A stretch of DNA of 64,000 bases from assembly GCA_044223005.1 (NCBI GenBank), contig JBGAML010000004.1, positions 192,001-256,000 of the forward strand. The letters run 5' to 3'. Position 1 is the stretch's first letter; the number at the start of each line of letters is the position of its first letter. Under the pieces are notes generated by a model. That model ran no database searches and had not been told where the DNA came from. It saw only the letters and a program-made list of their open reading frames with translations. Origin of the DNA: Candidatus Eiseniibacteriota bacterium (lineage in GTDB: Bacteria > Eisenbacteria > RBG-16-71-46). Position numbers and translations under genes: made by a program. Below, piece by piece: positions 1 to 10,063 of the stretch.

Positions 1-609
1 CCCTACAGCGACGGGCTCGGGCTCGCGGCGGCCGGTCTCGCGCCGGGCGAGCGCGGCCGCATCGCCGTCGACGATCACCTGCGCACCAGCGTGCGCAACA
101 TCTACGCGATCGGCGACGTCACCGACATCAAGCAGCTCGCGCACTTCGCGAGCGCGCAGGGCAAGTCGGCGGTCGAGATCATCGCGGGCCACGCGGCGCA
201 GACCAACTGGCGCGCGGTGCCGGCGGCGACGTTCACCAACCCCGAGATCGCGAGCGTCGGCCTGACCGAGACGGAGGCCAAGTCCGAAGGCCGCGAGGTG
301 AAGGTGGGCCGGTTCCCGTTCCGCGCGCACGGCCGCAACATCGCCGACGGCGAGACGACCGGGTTCGTGAAGATCGTGGGCGATGCGAAGAGCGGTCAGG
401 TGCTGGGCGCCCACATCCTGGGCCCCAAGGCGAGCGAACTGATCCACGAGTGCTCGCTCGCGATCGCCGCCGACCTCGACGTGAAGGACCTCGCACACGC
501 GATCCACGCCCACCCGACCATGCAGGAAGTGATCGGCGAGGCGGCCGAGGACGCCGACGGCGTGGCGATCCACCTGATCCGCGCCGCGGCCAAGGCGGCC
601 AAGGGCTGA
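1..609 (+). CDS. lpdA: Dihydrolipoyl dehydrogenase, C-terminal part (5' truncated by window edge)
   Basis: Frame 1 open from base 1 (PYSDGLGL..RTSVRNIYAIGDV); FTNPEIASVG and C-terminal HAHPTMQE (HPTxxE) motifs of the E3 family. Confidence 0.9.
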   Translation, partial: PYSDGLGLAAAGLAPGERGRIAVDDHLRTSVRNIYAIGDVTDIKQLAHFASAQGKSAVEIIAGHAAQTNWRAVPAATFTNPEIASVGLTETEAKSEGREVKVGRFPFRAHGRNIADGETTGFVKIVGDAKSGQVLGAHILGPKASELIHECSLAIAADLDVKDLAHAIHAHPTMQEVIGEAAEDADGVAIHLIRAAAKAAKG

Positions 610-634
610 CCGGCGCCGTTCGCGCGCAGCATCC

Positions 635-665
635 GGCGGCCGCGGAGCCTCGCTCCGCGGCCGCC
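635..665. terminator. GC-rich stem-loop after lpdA (possible terminator or stabilising hairpin)
   Basis: GGCGGCCGCGGAGC-CTC-GCTCCGCGGCCGCC, 14-bp perfect stem; no U-tract. Confidence 0.45.
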
Positions 666-718
666 CGCGTTCCGGCGCCGCTGGCGCTCGCGCGCCCGCC
701 CCGCTAACGTGGCGCGCG

Positions 719-2272
719 ATGACTCGCGCCCGTTCGCGGTTCGTCCCCTCGCTCCTCGTCGCGCTGCTGGCGATCGCCCCGCCCGCGCGCGCGGCCTTTC
801 GCACGCTCGAGGAGATCCCGGTCGAGTCGCCGACGTACCGCATGGTCGAGGAACTCGCGACCTCGCACGGCCTCGGCACGGCGTTCCTGCACACGCGCCC
901 GTGGCAACTCCGAGACCTCGCCGACGCGCTCGATGCGATCGCGCGCCGCGCGCCCGAGGCCGCGACCGACCCGCTGATGCTCCGCCTGCGCCGCGAGCTC
1001 GCGCCCTCGGAGGCGCCCGGCGGCTGGGCGCCGCTCGTCGCGGCGAGCGATTCGGTGTCGGCGGTGGAGCTCTCGCCGTACGCGAGCGCGAGTTACTCGG
1101 AAGACCGTGCGCGGCGTGCCGTCGCGCGCGATTTCCGCGCCGGCGTGCAGGGCGCGCTCGCGCTGGGCGACGGTGCCCTCGTCGCCGCGGACGTCTACGC
1201 CGGCACCACGTCGCCGGGACCGCACGGGAACCCGGTCGAGAGCCGGCACTTCGGGCTCGTCGAAAACGTGCAGGTGAACTCGTACTTCGATCGCGGCACG
1301 ATCGCGCTGCGCAACCGCTGGGGCCGCGTGACGCTCGGCCACACGTGGCTGCGCTGGGGCCCCGGTGCGTGGGCGGGGATGGCGCTCGCCGACGGCGCGC
1401 GCGCGATGGACGTGGCCGAGGTGCGCGTGCCGATCACGGGCCGCGCGCAGCTCGAGTGGTTCGTCGCCGAACTGGACCCGCTCGCCGAGCGCTTCCTCGC
1501 GGGCCACCGGCTGGAGCTGCGGCCGGCCGCGAATTGGGACGTGGCGGTCGCGGAACTCGCGCGCTTCGACGGGACGAGCCAGTTGCCGCTCTACCTGCTG
1601 CCCGCGATCCCCTACAGCCTCGTCGAGAAGCGCGTGCTCAAGGCCAGCGACCCTTCGTCCGCCGAGTCGACCGGCACGGGCAAGAACAACGTCATGTGGG
1701 CCGCCGACGTCGCGTGGCGCGTGCGGCCCGGACTGCGCGCGTACGGCGAGCTCGCGGTGGACGACGTGAGCTTCAGCTCCGAGAAACGCCCGCGCGCGCT
1801 GGGCTGGCAGGCGGGGTTCGACGCGCGGCGCCGCGCCGGTCGCGGCGCGTGGACGGTGCGCGGCGAGTACGCGCGCGTCCATCCGTACACGTACTCGGTC
1901 TGGCACCACCACGACTTCGCGTTCGCCGGCTACTCGACCGCGTTTCCGCCCGGTCCCGACGTCGAGCGCGTGAACGCGCGGCTCGAGTGGCGCACGGGCC
2001 CCGATGCCGCGTTCGGGATCGAGGGCGCGCGGACCCGCAAGGGCGAAGGCGCGCTGGGCCAGCCGTGGGTCGCGGGTGCGCCGACGTCGACCGCGCTCAC
2101 CGGCGTCGTGGAGCGCGACACGCGCGTGGCGCTGACCGCCGACTGGTCACCCGCGCCGGGCCTCGACGCCGGGCTCGTGCTGGGCACCGCGGACGTGCGC
2201 GCGAAGGGCCACGTCGCGGGCACCGACGCGAGCGGTGCGTTCGGCCAGCTGCGGGTGCGCGTGCGGCGCTAG
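719..2272 (+). CDS. wzi: Capsule assembly Wzi-family outer-membrane protein
   Basis: Signal peptide, N-terminal TRPW helical segment, RWGPG motif, GHRLE, YGELAVDD, beta-strand C-terminus; adjacent to a polysaccharide operon. Confidence 0.75.
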   Translation: MTRARSRFVPSLLVALLAIAPPARAAFRTLEEIPVESPTYRMVEELATSHGLGTAFLHTRPWQLRDLADALDAIARRAPEAATDPLMLRLRRELAPSEAPGGWAPLVAASDSVSAVELSPYASASYSEDRARRAVARDFRAGVQGALALGDGALVAADVYAGTTSPGPHGNPVESRHFGLVENVQVNSYFDRGTIALRNRWGRVTLGHTWLRWGPGAWAGMALADGARAMDVAEVRVPITGRAQLEWFVAELDPLAERFLAGHRLELRPAANWDVAVAELARFDGTSQLPLYLLPAIPYSLVEKRVLKASDPSSAESTGTGKNNVMWAADVAWRVRPGLRAYGELAVDDVSFSSEKRPRALGWQAGFDARRRAGRGAWTVRGEYARVHPYTYSVWHHHDFAFAGYSTAFPPGPDVERVNARLEWRTGPDAAFGIEGARTRKGEGALGQPWVAGAPTSTALTGVVERDTRVALTADWSPAPGLDAGLVLGTADVRAKGHVAGTDASGAFGQLRVRVRR

Positions 2273-2303
2273 GGGCGAGGCGGGTGACTCGCCGCGCGGT
2301 GCG

Positions 2304-3182
2304 TCAGTCGCGCCGGATCCAGCTGGAACCCATCACCGTGAGCGAGCGGAACGGATCGCCGTGGCGCAGGTGCGAGAGCCAGCGGCGCAGCGCCTGCGGG
2401 TGCCGGCGCCACGAGAGCCGCCACGCTTCCGCCGGCCGCATGCGGTCGGTGGTGAGCAGGTCGGCGTCGCGCAGCAGGTCGACCGGGTGCACGGGCGCGA
2501 AGCGCTTCCCGAGCGCGGCGAGCAGCACGGCCACGTCCTCGAGCCGGATGTCGGAGTCGCGCGCCAGGCTCACGTCCCACGTGAGCACGAGCCGGCCGCC
2601 GGGGGCGAGCACGCGCGCGAACTCGTCGATCGCGCGGAAGCGCTCCGGGGCGTGCTCGAGCACGCTGATGCTGTAGACGGCGTCGAACGCGCCGTCCTCG
2701 AACGGCAGCGACTCGATCGCGCCCTCGCGGAACGTGACGTGCGAACTGCTCGCGGCGTTGGCGGCGCGGTAGCGCTCCGCCAGCACGGGGTTGGTGTCGA
2801 GGCAGGTCACCTGCCAGCCGGTCTGGTCGAGCAGGAACGGGAAGAAGTTGATGCCAGAACCCGCGTCGAGCACGCGCCCGGGCTTCCGGGCGGCGAGGTT
2901 CCACCACACGTACGGGTACTCCCAGCGCCGGCTCCAGTTGTCGAGCCGGTCCGGCGTGTGGCGGAAGCTGCGCGGCCACGTGTCGTACGTCGCCGCCATG
3001 AAGAGCGCCTGGAACTCCTCCATGCGCCGCAGCAGTTCGCGCACGCGCGGCGTCTCGAGGTCGCGCATGCGCGCGTAGCCGGCGCGCGCGAGCGGTTCGG
3101 GCGCCGGAGCCGGCGCGGCCGCCGGCACGCGCGTGGGTGCGGGCGTCGCGGCGGGAGCGGCGGTCGCGGTCGCCGGCGTCAC
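2304..3182 (-). CDS. Class I SAM-dependent methyltransferase
   Basis: RRWEYP, VLDAGSG, LPFEDGAFDAVYSISVLEH; GTG start overlaps the upstream stop (GTGA). Confidence 0.85.
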   Translation of the reverse strand: MTPATATAAPAATPAPTRVPAAAPAPAPEPLARAGYARMRDLETPRVRELLRRMEEFQALFMAATYDTWPRSFRHTPDRLDNWSRRWEYPYVWWNLAARKPGRVLDAGSGINFFPFLLDQTGWQVTCLDTNPVLAERYRAANAASSSHVTFREGAIESLPFEDGAFDAVYSISVLEHAPERFRAIDEFARVLAPGGRLVLTWDVSLARDSDIRLEDVAVLLAALGKRFAPVHPVDLLRDADLLTTDRMRPAEAWRLSWRRHPQALRRWLSHLRHGDPFRSLTVMGSSWIRRD

Positions 3183-3973
3183 TGGCCGACGCTCCGGCCG
3201 GTGAGCACCATCCACACCGTGCCGATCAGCACGCCGAAGTCCACGCGCAGCGAGCGCTCGCGGACGTAGCGCAGGTCGAGCTCCAGCGTCTCCTCGAAGT
3301 TCAGGTGATCGCGGCCGAGCAGCTTGGCGAGCGACGTGATGCCGGGCTTGACGCTCAGGATCGCGCGGGCGGACGCGCCGTAGTAGGGGATCAGCTCCGG
3401 GATCTCGGGGCGCGGGCCGACGAGGCTCATGTCGCCGAGCACCACGTTCACGAGGTTCGGCAGCTCGTCAAGGCTCGTGCGGCGGATGAAGCGGCCGACC
3501 CGCGTCACGCGCGGGTCCTGCCCGGGATGGAAGCGCAGCGTGCGGATCTGTTCGTCGGTGTAGCGGTAGTCGTAGAGCTCGGGGAAACGCTCCTTCGCGT
3601 CCACGAACATGCCGCGGAACTTCCAGAAGCGGAACGGGCGGCCGTTGCGGCCGATGCGCGTCTGCGTGAAGAACGCCGGGCCGGGCGAGTCGAGCCGTAC
3701 CGCGATCGCGAGCGCCACGAGCACGGGGCTCACGAGCAGGAGCCCGATCGCCGCCAGCAGCCGGTCCGTCGCGTCCTTCACCCATTCGCCGCCGCGCGAG
3801 TAGCGGCCGACCCGCTCCCAGGCGCGATCCGTGCCGGCGTCCGGCCAGCGATGCAGCCGGCCGGCGGCGACCTCGTCGAGTGTGCGCTGGAACTCCTCCA
3901 CCATCGCCTCCGATTCGTCCAGGTCGGTCCACGCGCGCGAGCGCATCCGCTTCAGCTCACGGCGCGGGGTCAT
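3179..3973 (-). CDS. Bacterial sugar transferase (priming polyprenyl-phosphate glycosyl-1-phosphate transferase)
   Basis: [44 protein letters not shown] overlap with the upstream gene. Confidence 0.92.
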   Translation of the reverse strand: MTPRRELKRMRSRAWTDLDESEAMVEEFQRTLDEVAAGRLHRWPDAGTDRAWERVGRYSRGGEWVKDATDRLLAAIGLLLVSPVLVALAIAVRLDSPGPAFFTQTRIGRNGRPFRFWKFRGMFVDAKERFPELYDYRYTDEQIRTLRFHPGQDPRVTRVGRFIRRTSLDELPNLVNVVLGDMSLVGPRPEIPELIPYYGASARAILSVKPGITSLAKLLGRDHLNFEETLELDLRYVRERSLRVDFGVLIGTVWMVLTGRSVGQ

Positions 3974-5220
3974 GCGGCCTTCCTCAGCGTGGCGGCATCC
4001 GGCACCGTCGCGCTCGCGCGGCGCACGCGGTAGGCGCGCACCACCTTGCGGACCGCGGCGACCACGTCCGCCGCATCCTCGACCGTCATCGCCGCCGACA
4101 GCGGCAGCGAGACCGTCGTGTCGCCGATGGCTTCCGCGATCGGGAAATCGCCGCGCCGGGTCCCGAGGTTGCGGGCGTACCAGCGGTGCAGGTGCAGAGG
4201 CACGAAGTGGACGCCGCTGCCGATGTTCTCCGCCGCGAGCGCGCGCAGGAACTGCGCCCGGTCGGCCTCGAGTGCCTCGGGCACGAGCCGCAGCGTGTAC
4301 AGGTGGCGCGCGTGGCGATTCGTCGCGTCGTCGCGCGGACCGGGCGTGCGCACCGCGCCGAGGCCGGCGAAGCCCTCGTCGTACACGCGCCAGATCTCCT
4401 GCCGGATGCGCAGGTTGTCCTCGAGCCGCGCGAGCTGGTGGATGCCCAGCGAGGCCTGCAGGTCGGTCATGTTGTACTTGTAGCCGGGCTCGAGCGTTTC
4501 GTACGGCAGCCACGCGCCGGGCGAGTAGCGCTTCCACGCGTCCTTGTCGAGGCCGTGCAGGCGCAGCGTGCGCAGGCGGTTCCACGCCGCTTCGTCGTGC
4601 ACGGTGAGCATGCCGCCCTCGGCCGTCGTCATGTTCTTGGTGGCGTAGAAGCTGAACGCGGTGAACGGGCTGATCGAGCCGACCTTGCGGCCCTGCGCCC
4701 AGGTCTCGGCGGCGTGCGCGGCGTCCTCGATGACCACGAGGCCGTGCCGTTCGGCGAGCGCGCCGATCGCCTCCATGTCGCACGGCCAGCCGCACATGTG
4801 CACCGGCAGGATCGCCTTCGTGCGCGGGGTGATCGCGCGGGCGATGTGGGCCGGGTCGATGTTCTGCGTGCGCTCGTCGACGTCGACGAACACGGGCTTC
4901 GCGCCGACGTGCGTGATCACGTTGCCCGTCGCGCAGAAGGTGAGCGGCGTCGTGATCACTTCGTCGCCTTCGCCGATCCCGGCCGCGATCAGTGCCAGGT
5001 GCAGCGCGGCGGTCGCGGAGTTGACCGACAGCGCGTAGGGCGCGCGGGCGTACTCGGCGAACTCCTGCTCGAAGCGCGCGCACTTGGGGCCGTAGCCGAT
5101 CCACCCCGAGCGCAGCGTGTCGACGACTTCGGCGATTTCTTCCTCGCCGATCCGCGGAGCACCGAAGACCAGGAACTCCGGACGGACGGGACGCCCACCC
5201 TCGCACGCGAGACGCGACAT
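3970..5220 (-). CDS. DegT/DnrJ/EryC1/StrS family PLP-dependent sugar aminotransferase
   Basis: SATAALHLAL, IEDAAHA, FSFYATKNMTTAEGGM, GYKYNMTD; GAGGGG RBS before ATG 5220. Confidence 0.93.
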   Translation of the reverse strand: MSRLACEGGRPVRPEFLVFGAPRIGEEEIAEVVDTLRSGWIGYGPKCARFEQEFAEYARAPYALSVNSATAALHLALIAAGIGEGDEVITTPLTFCATGNVITHVGAKPVFVDVDERTQNIDPAHIARAITPRTKAILPVHMCGWPCDMEAIGALAERHGLVVIEDAAHAAETWAQGRKVGSISPFTAFSFYATKNMTTAEGGMLTVHDEAAWNRLRTLRLHGLDKDAWKRYSPGAWLPYETLEPGYKYNMTDLQASLGIHQLARLEDNLRIRQEIWRVYDEGFAGLGAVRTPGPRDDATNRHARHLYTLRLVPEALEADRAQFLRALAAENIGSGVHFVPLHLHRWYARNLGTRRGDFPIAEAIGDTTVSLPLSAAMTVEDAADVVAAVRKVVRAYRVRRASATVPDAATLRKAA

Positions 5221-5432
5221 GACGAAATCCCCTCGCCGCGAACGGCGGCACCTCCCGCGGGAACGCGGAGCGCCGGCGTCACGGAATGACGTGGAACGAG
5301 CTCGACATGGAAACGATGCCTGCCATGCGATCCGAGGGGTGGATCGCCACCGCGGAGGGGTTCGCGGCGTACCTTTCTCTTTTCGGCGTGCGCGACGCCG
5401 GAATCCAGCGAAAACCACTTCGCGCATGCACG

Positions 5433-6464
5433 CTACGCGGCGCGCCGCACCTCCCGCGTGGGTGTGGTCGGAACGCCGGGGCGAACGCCCGCGGCGGAAA
5501 GGACCGCTTCGAGTCCCGCGTCACGGCGGGCGAGCGAAAACGACTCGAGCACGCGCGCACGCGCGCGGCGCCCGGCGTCGGCCGGGAGCGCGAGCGCACG
5601 GGCGATGGCTTGGGCGAGCGCTTCGGGTGCGGCGGACGCCGTCACGACGCCGCTATCGCCGGCCACCCAGGGCAGCGCGCCCGCATCGGTCACGACCGGC
5701 ACCGCGCCGCAGAGCATGCCCTCGGCGAGTGCCAGCCCGAACGCCTCGTGCTGCGACGGCTGCACGATCGCCGCGGCACGTGCGAGCCAGTCGACCTTGT
5801 CGCCGTGCGAGAGCCGGCCGGTGAAGTGCACGTTGGGCGTCGCGATCGTGCGCAGGTGCGCGATCGCGTCGTCCATCCACGCGCCGATCACGACGAAGCG
5901 CGCCTGGGGGAGGAGCGCGGCCGCACGCACGAACGGCTCGAGGCCCTTGCGCGTGAGGTTGCTGCGGTTGACGCCGCCCACCGTCACGACGAGGCCGGGA
6001 TCGCGCTCCTCGCCGGCGTCGTAGCGTTCGGGATCGAGGCCCAGCGGCACCAGCGACACGCGGTCGTCCGGCACGCCGAGCGCCCGCACTTCGCGCACGG
6101 TGAACTCGGAGATCGCGAGCACGCGTGTGGCCAGCGCCAGGACGGCCCGCGCCACGAGCCGGCGCAGGCCACCGCGCTGGTGCCCGTACGCGATGCCGGG
6201 CAGCGCAGCCGTGTCGTAGCCGCCGACCACGATCACGAACGGCTTGCCCTGCAGCCGCGCACACGTGGCAGGCCACAGCGCGTGCCAGCTCGCGAACCAC
6301 GCCATCACCGCGTCCGCCGCGGCCACCGTTCGCCACGTCGCCACGGGTCGCGGCCAGCGCGACGGGCAGCCGGTGACCACGACGTCGTGCCGCTGCCGCA
6401 GCAGGCGCAGGTCGATCTCGATGTATTCGGACATCTCGCGGTAGAAGTAGGCCAGTCGCGCCAT
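5433..6464 (-). CDS. Glycosyltransferase family 4
   Basis: RKGL and EAFGLALAEGMLCG (E-x7-E) GT-B signature; GAGGA RBS. Confidence 0.88.
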   Translation of the reverse strand: MARLAYFYREMSEYIEIDLRLLRQRHDVVVTGCPSRWPRPVATWRTVAAADAVMAWFASWHALWPATCARLQGKPFVIVVGGYDTAALPGIAYGHQRGGLRRLVARAVLALATRVLAISEFTVREVRALGVPDDRVSLVPLGLDPERYDAGEERDPGLVVTVGGVNRSNLTRKGLEPFVRAAALLPQARFVVIGAWMDDAIAHLRTIATPNVHFTGRLSHGDKVDWLARAAAIVQPSQHEAFGLALAEGMLCGAVPVVTDAGALPWVAGDSGVVTASAAPEALAQAIARALALPADAGRRARARVLESFSLARRDAGLEAVLSAAGVRPGVPTTPTREVRRAA

Positions 6465-6483
6465 GGTGTCCTCGGGGGAGGTT

Positions 6484-7542
6484 TCAGGCCGCGGCGGCGC
6501 GCGCGGCCAGCGCGTGCCGGAGGATGTGGTCGAGCCGGGATTCGTACGTGTAGCCGCCTTCGCGGCAGCGGCGCAGGCCGGCCGCCGCGATCCGCGCGCG
6601 TTCCGCTTCGTGCGCGAGGTACCAGCGCGTCTTCTCCGCGAGTTCGCCGTCGTTGGCGAAGAACTCCGCTTCTTCGCCTTCGCGGAACAGCCGCTGGTGC
6701 TCGTCGGTACGCTCGGCCAACAGGAAGCCGCCGCACGCGGGGATCTCGACGCTGCGCGTCGTGTGCCGGTCGCGATTGACGCGGCGCAGGAAGCCGAGGT
6801 TGATCCGGAACGCGGAGATCGCCTGCGCGTACTCCTCGTCCCAGAGCGGCCGTCCCTCGATGCGCAGGCCATCGCCGCCCTTCGCGCGAGGCCACGGTCC
6901 CCAGATGCGGATCTCGACGCCGCTGCGGGCGAGCGCGCGCATCGATCGTTCGCGGGCCGCTTCCGGCCAGCCGATGAAGCCGACGTCACCCCCCAGCCGC
7001 GCGCGCAGTTCCGGCGTCACCTCGTACGGGTGGTGGACCTCGGTGCTGTAGCCCTTCTCGATGAACAGCACGTCGCGCGCCCCCGCGGCGCGCAGCTCGG
7101 GCACGTTGAACGACTTGGTCGTCGCGCACAGGTCGTAGCGCGGCAGGTTGGCGCGCCACGCGGAGGTCTGGTTGCGCGGGTTGAACATGTCGTCGCCCGA
7201 GTAGTTCACGAACAGCGCGTGTGGCCAGCGCTCGCGCAGGGCGTCGAGCGTCGCGGGCGCGACGGTGAGGCCCTTGTCCACCCACAGCACGTCGGGCGCG
7301 GGGGACTCGGGCAGCGCCAGCAGGCGCGCGTTGAAGCCCGTGTCGTCGCGCTCGCCGAGCAGGCGGTTCTTCACCCGCCACGCGAGCGTGAGCCGGCGCG
7401 CGGCGTGTTCGCCGGGCACGAGGTCCACGGCGATCACGCGGTGCCCGAGCGCCTCGAGCGCGAGTGCCCGCTGGCGGCAGGTCGAGCCGCGGTTCATGGG
7501 GCCGGCGTAGACGATCGACAGCGACGGCGTGGACGCGTTCAT
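6484..7542 (-). CDS. Glycosyltransferase, CgeB/Glyco_trans_1_2-like
   Basis: DVGFIG, INLGFLRRVNRDRHTTRSVEIPACGGFLLAERT; ATGA overlap. Confidence 0.85.
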   Translation of the reverse strand: MNASTPSLSIVYAGPMNRGSTCRQRALALEALGHRVIAVDLVPGEHAARRLTLAWRVKNRLLGERDDTGFNARLLALPESPAPDVLWVDKGLTVAPATLDALRERWPHALFVNYSGDDMFNPRNQTSAWRANLPRYDLCATTKSFNVPELRAAGARDVLFIEKGYSTEVHHPYEVTPELRARLGGDVGFIGWPEAARERSMRALARSGVEIRIWGPWPRAKGGDGLRIEGRPLWDEEYAQAISAFRINLGFLRRVNRDRHTTRSVEIPACGGFLLAERTDEHQRLFREGEEAEFFANDGELAEKTRWYLAHEAERARIAAAGLRRCREGGYTYESRLDHILRHALAARAAAA

Positions 7543-8987
7543 GCGGCCTCCGTCCGGCGCGCGCGCCGGGTGCGGGCGGTGATCCAGGCCACGGCGAGCA
7601 GTGCGGGAAGCAGGTCGGTGAGCCAGCTTTCGAGCTGCGAGGCGATGCAGCCTTCCGCGAGGTGCACGGCGGTGATGAGCCCGTAGCCGTGCAGCAGCAC
7701 GCCGCCGGGGCCGCCGCGCGCGAGCACGCGCGAGGCACGCATGGCCGCGCCGAGCAGCCAGCTGCCCGCGAGTACCCCGACCACGTGGAAGTTCAGGTAG
7801 AGCTCGCCCGGCAGCGACGTCGTGACGTACGTCATCGCGCCCCAGTGCATGTCGGGCATGTACGCCGCGGGGAACTGCAGCCCGAAGCTGTCGGGCTTGC
7901 CCGGCCAGAGCAGGCGCGGCACCCAGAACGTCCCCAGGTCGAGCAGGCTCGCGCCCCACCGGAAGGGCAGCGTCGTGCCGGTGCGGTGGAGCACGAGCAT
8001 GAGGCTGTCGGCGCCGTAGGCGCGGTTGAACATGCGCAGGATCGGCGGCGAATCCGCGTTCTGGAGGTAGAGCCCCACCGCGTCGAGGTTCGAGATGCCC
8101 AGCGCGCGATACGCATAGAAGAGCGGGAACAGCGCCGAGAACGCGGCCAGCGCCACGATCACGCGCCACATCGGGATGCGCTTCGCCAGCAGGTGCCGGT
8201 ACACCCACGGCAGCAGCAGCGTGCGCAGCAGGATCGACTTGGAGCTGCTCACGAGGTAGAGCGGCACCGAGAGCCCGAGCGAGAGCACCAGCCAGTGCAG
8301 CGCGAAGTGCCGATCGCCGCGCAGCAGCAGCCGCACGAGATGCACGTGCAGCGCGACGACGGCGAACTCGGTGAGCGCGATCTGCCACCAGTGGCCGAGC
8401 GCCTCGTCGGTGCCCGCGGCCATCGGGTTCGCCGCGGCGCGCATGAAGCCGCCGAGATCGTGCACGCGCAGCACCGCGCCGAGCACGCCGAGCGCCGCCA
8501 GCACCAGCACCGCGCGCGAGGTGGCGCCGTCGCGCCACGGCGCGGCCAGCGCGGGCATGCGGCGCGCGAGGGCCGCGGCCCAGCGCCCGCCCACGGGGCC
8601 GTCGTGGCCTTCCTGCACCGCGAAGAGCCCGAGCCCGGCGACCAGCTGGCTCCAGCCGGCGAGGTCGCGCACGTGCGCGCTGCGGCCGTCGCCGAGCTCG
8701 CGCAGGTACGGACTGTCGACCCACGCGACGACGCCGACTGCGCGCACGAGCAGCGAGAGCACGTAGTAGAGCGTGAAGAGCTGCAGCGCGTCCGCGGCGT
8801 CGAACCGGCGGCCGGCGAACGACCGCGCCGCGATCGCGGCGAAGCCCAGCGTCGTCCACGCCAGGAACGCCGTCGCGGACCACTCGTGCAGCAGCAGCGC
8901 CACGCCGGCGCCCGCGAGCACGGCGAGCCGCACCGCCGTGCGCCGGGAGGGCGGCGCGGCGACGGCCGGGAGCGCGAGCGTGCTCAT
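7539..8987 (-). CDS. wzy: O-antigen/EPS polymerase (Wzy-like) membrane protein
   Basis: About 10 hydrophobic segments; VPRLLWPGKP and TTSLPGELYLNF motifs typical of Wzy periplasmic loops; operon context. Confidence 0.75.
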   Translation of the reverse strand: MSTLALPAVAAPPSRRTAVRLAVLAGAGVALLLHEWSATAFLAWTTLGFAAIAARSFAGRRFDAADALQLFTLYYVLSLLVRAVGVVAWVDSPYLRELGDGRSAHVRDLAGWSQLVAGLGLFAVQEGHDGPVGGRWAAALARRMPALAAPWRDGATSRAVLVLAALGVLGAVLRVHDLGGFMRAAANPMAAGTDEALGHWWQIALTEFAVVALHVHLVRLLLRGDRHFALHWLVLSLGLSVPLYLVSSSKSILLRTLLLPWVYRHLLAKRIPMWRVIVALAAFSALFPLFYAYRALGISNLDAVGLYLQNADSPPILRMFNRAYGADSLMLVLHRTGTTLPFRWGASLLDLGTFWVPRLLWPGKPDSFGLQFPAAYMPDMHWGAMTYVTTSLPGELYLNFHVVGVLAGSWLLGAAMRASRVLARGGPGGVLLHGYGLITAVHLAEGCIASQLESWLTDLLPALLAVAWITARTRRARRTEAA

Positions 8988-10063
8988 GCCGCCCTCGCGT
9001 CGCTCGCCACCGGGGCGTCGACGGCCGCGGGGGCCGGCGCGGGCGTGCGGTCGAACAGCGCGGCGAGGAAGCCCGCGCCGTACGCGGCGTGCATCACCGG
9101 CAGGACCGCCGGCAGCAGCAGGGCGGCGGCGTCGTGCGTGCGCGCCACGGTGGCCGCGGTCGCGAGCGCGAGGTAGGCCGCGTAGGCGGCCGGGACCGCG
9201 GCCGCGAGCGCGGCGACGCCGGTGACTGCGGCCGCGAGTGCGCCCGCGGGCAGCGCGAGCAGGAACGCCGCCGGCACGACGTGGCGCGGCGACGATGGCC
9301 AGCCGCCGCGGCGGCGGATCACGCGCACCTTCCAGAAGCCGTAGCCGAAGTACTGCCGCGCGAGCGCCGCGAGGGTGGTGCGACTCCAGTACGTGACCTC
9401 CTGCTCGGGCAGCAGGCGGATCCGGCCGCCCGCGCGCCGCAACCGGTCACTCAGCTCGTCGTCCTGGTTGCGCACGAGCGCGGCGTCGAAGCCGCCCAGC
9501 CACGCGAACACCTCGCGGCGCCAGGCGCCGAACGGGAGGTGGTCCACCTCGCGGGCGTCGCTCGCCCAGCGGAAGCTCGCGCCGCCGACGCCGAACGGCG
9601 TGCTCATGGCGATCGCGATCGCGCGTGCGAGCGGCGCGTCCCCCCGCGCACGCACGGGCCCGCCGGCGCACTCGGCCACGCCGGCGCGCAGCGCCTCGAC
9701 GCCCGCGCGCACGTAGCCCGGTGGCAGCGCGCAGTGGCCGTCGGCGCGCACGATCACGTCGCCGGTCGCGGCCGCGAGCGCGAGGTTGAGCCCCGGCGCC
9801 ACCGTGCGCTCGGGATTGTCGAGCACGCGCACGCGCGCGTCCGCGGCCGCGGCGCGCAGCAGCCGCTCGCGCGTGTCGTCGCTCGAGCGGCCGTCGGCGA
9901 CCAGGATCTCGAGCGACCCGGCCGGCCAGTCCTGCGCGCGCACGGCGGCGAGCGCACGGTCCACGTGCGCGGATTCGTTCCGCACGGCCATGATCACGCT
10001 GACGCGCGGCACCGCGGGCAGCGGCGGCAGCGCGGCGTGGCGTTCGCGCAGCGACGCCGTCAC
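8984..10063 (-). CDS. Glycosyltransferase family 2 (ExoA-like)
   Basis: VSVIMAVRNE, DGRSSDDT, RADGH, RNQDDEL, LARQYFGYG, C-terminal TM segments. Confidence 0.9.
   Translation of the reverse strand: MTASLRERHAALPPLPAVPRVSVIMAVRNESAHVDRALAAVRAQDWPAGSLEILVADGRSSDDTRERLLRAAAADARVRVLDNPERTVAPGLNLALAAATGDVIVRADGHCALPPGYVRAGVEALRAGVAECAGGPVRARGDAPLARAIAIAMSTPFGVGGASFRWASDAREVDHLPFGAWRREVFAWLGGFDAALVRNQDDELSDRLRRAGGRIRLLPEQEVTYWSRTTLAALARQYFGYGFWKVRVIRRRGGWPSSPRHVVPAAFLLALPAGALAAAVTGVAALAAAVPAAYAAYLALATAATVARTHDAAALLLPAVLPVMHAAYGAGFLAALFDRTPAPAPAAVDAPVASDARAA

Noticed and set aside
5221..5427. 69-aa N-terminal extension of the aminotransferase from ATG 5427
   Set aside because: Family similarity begins at MSRLACEGG (5220), which has its own GAGGGG RBS.
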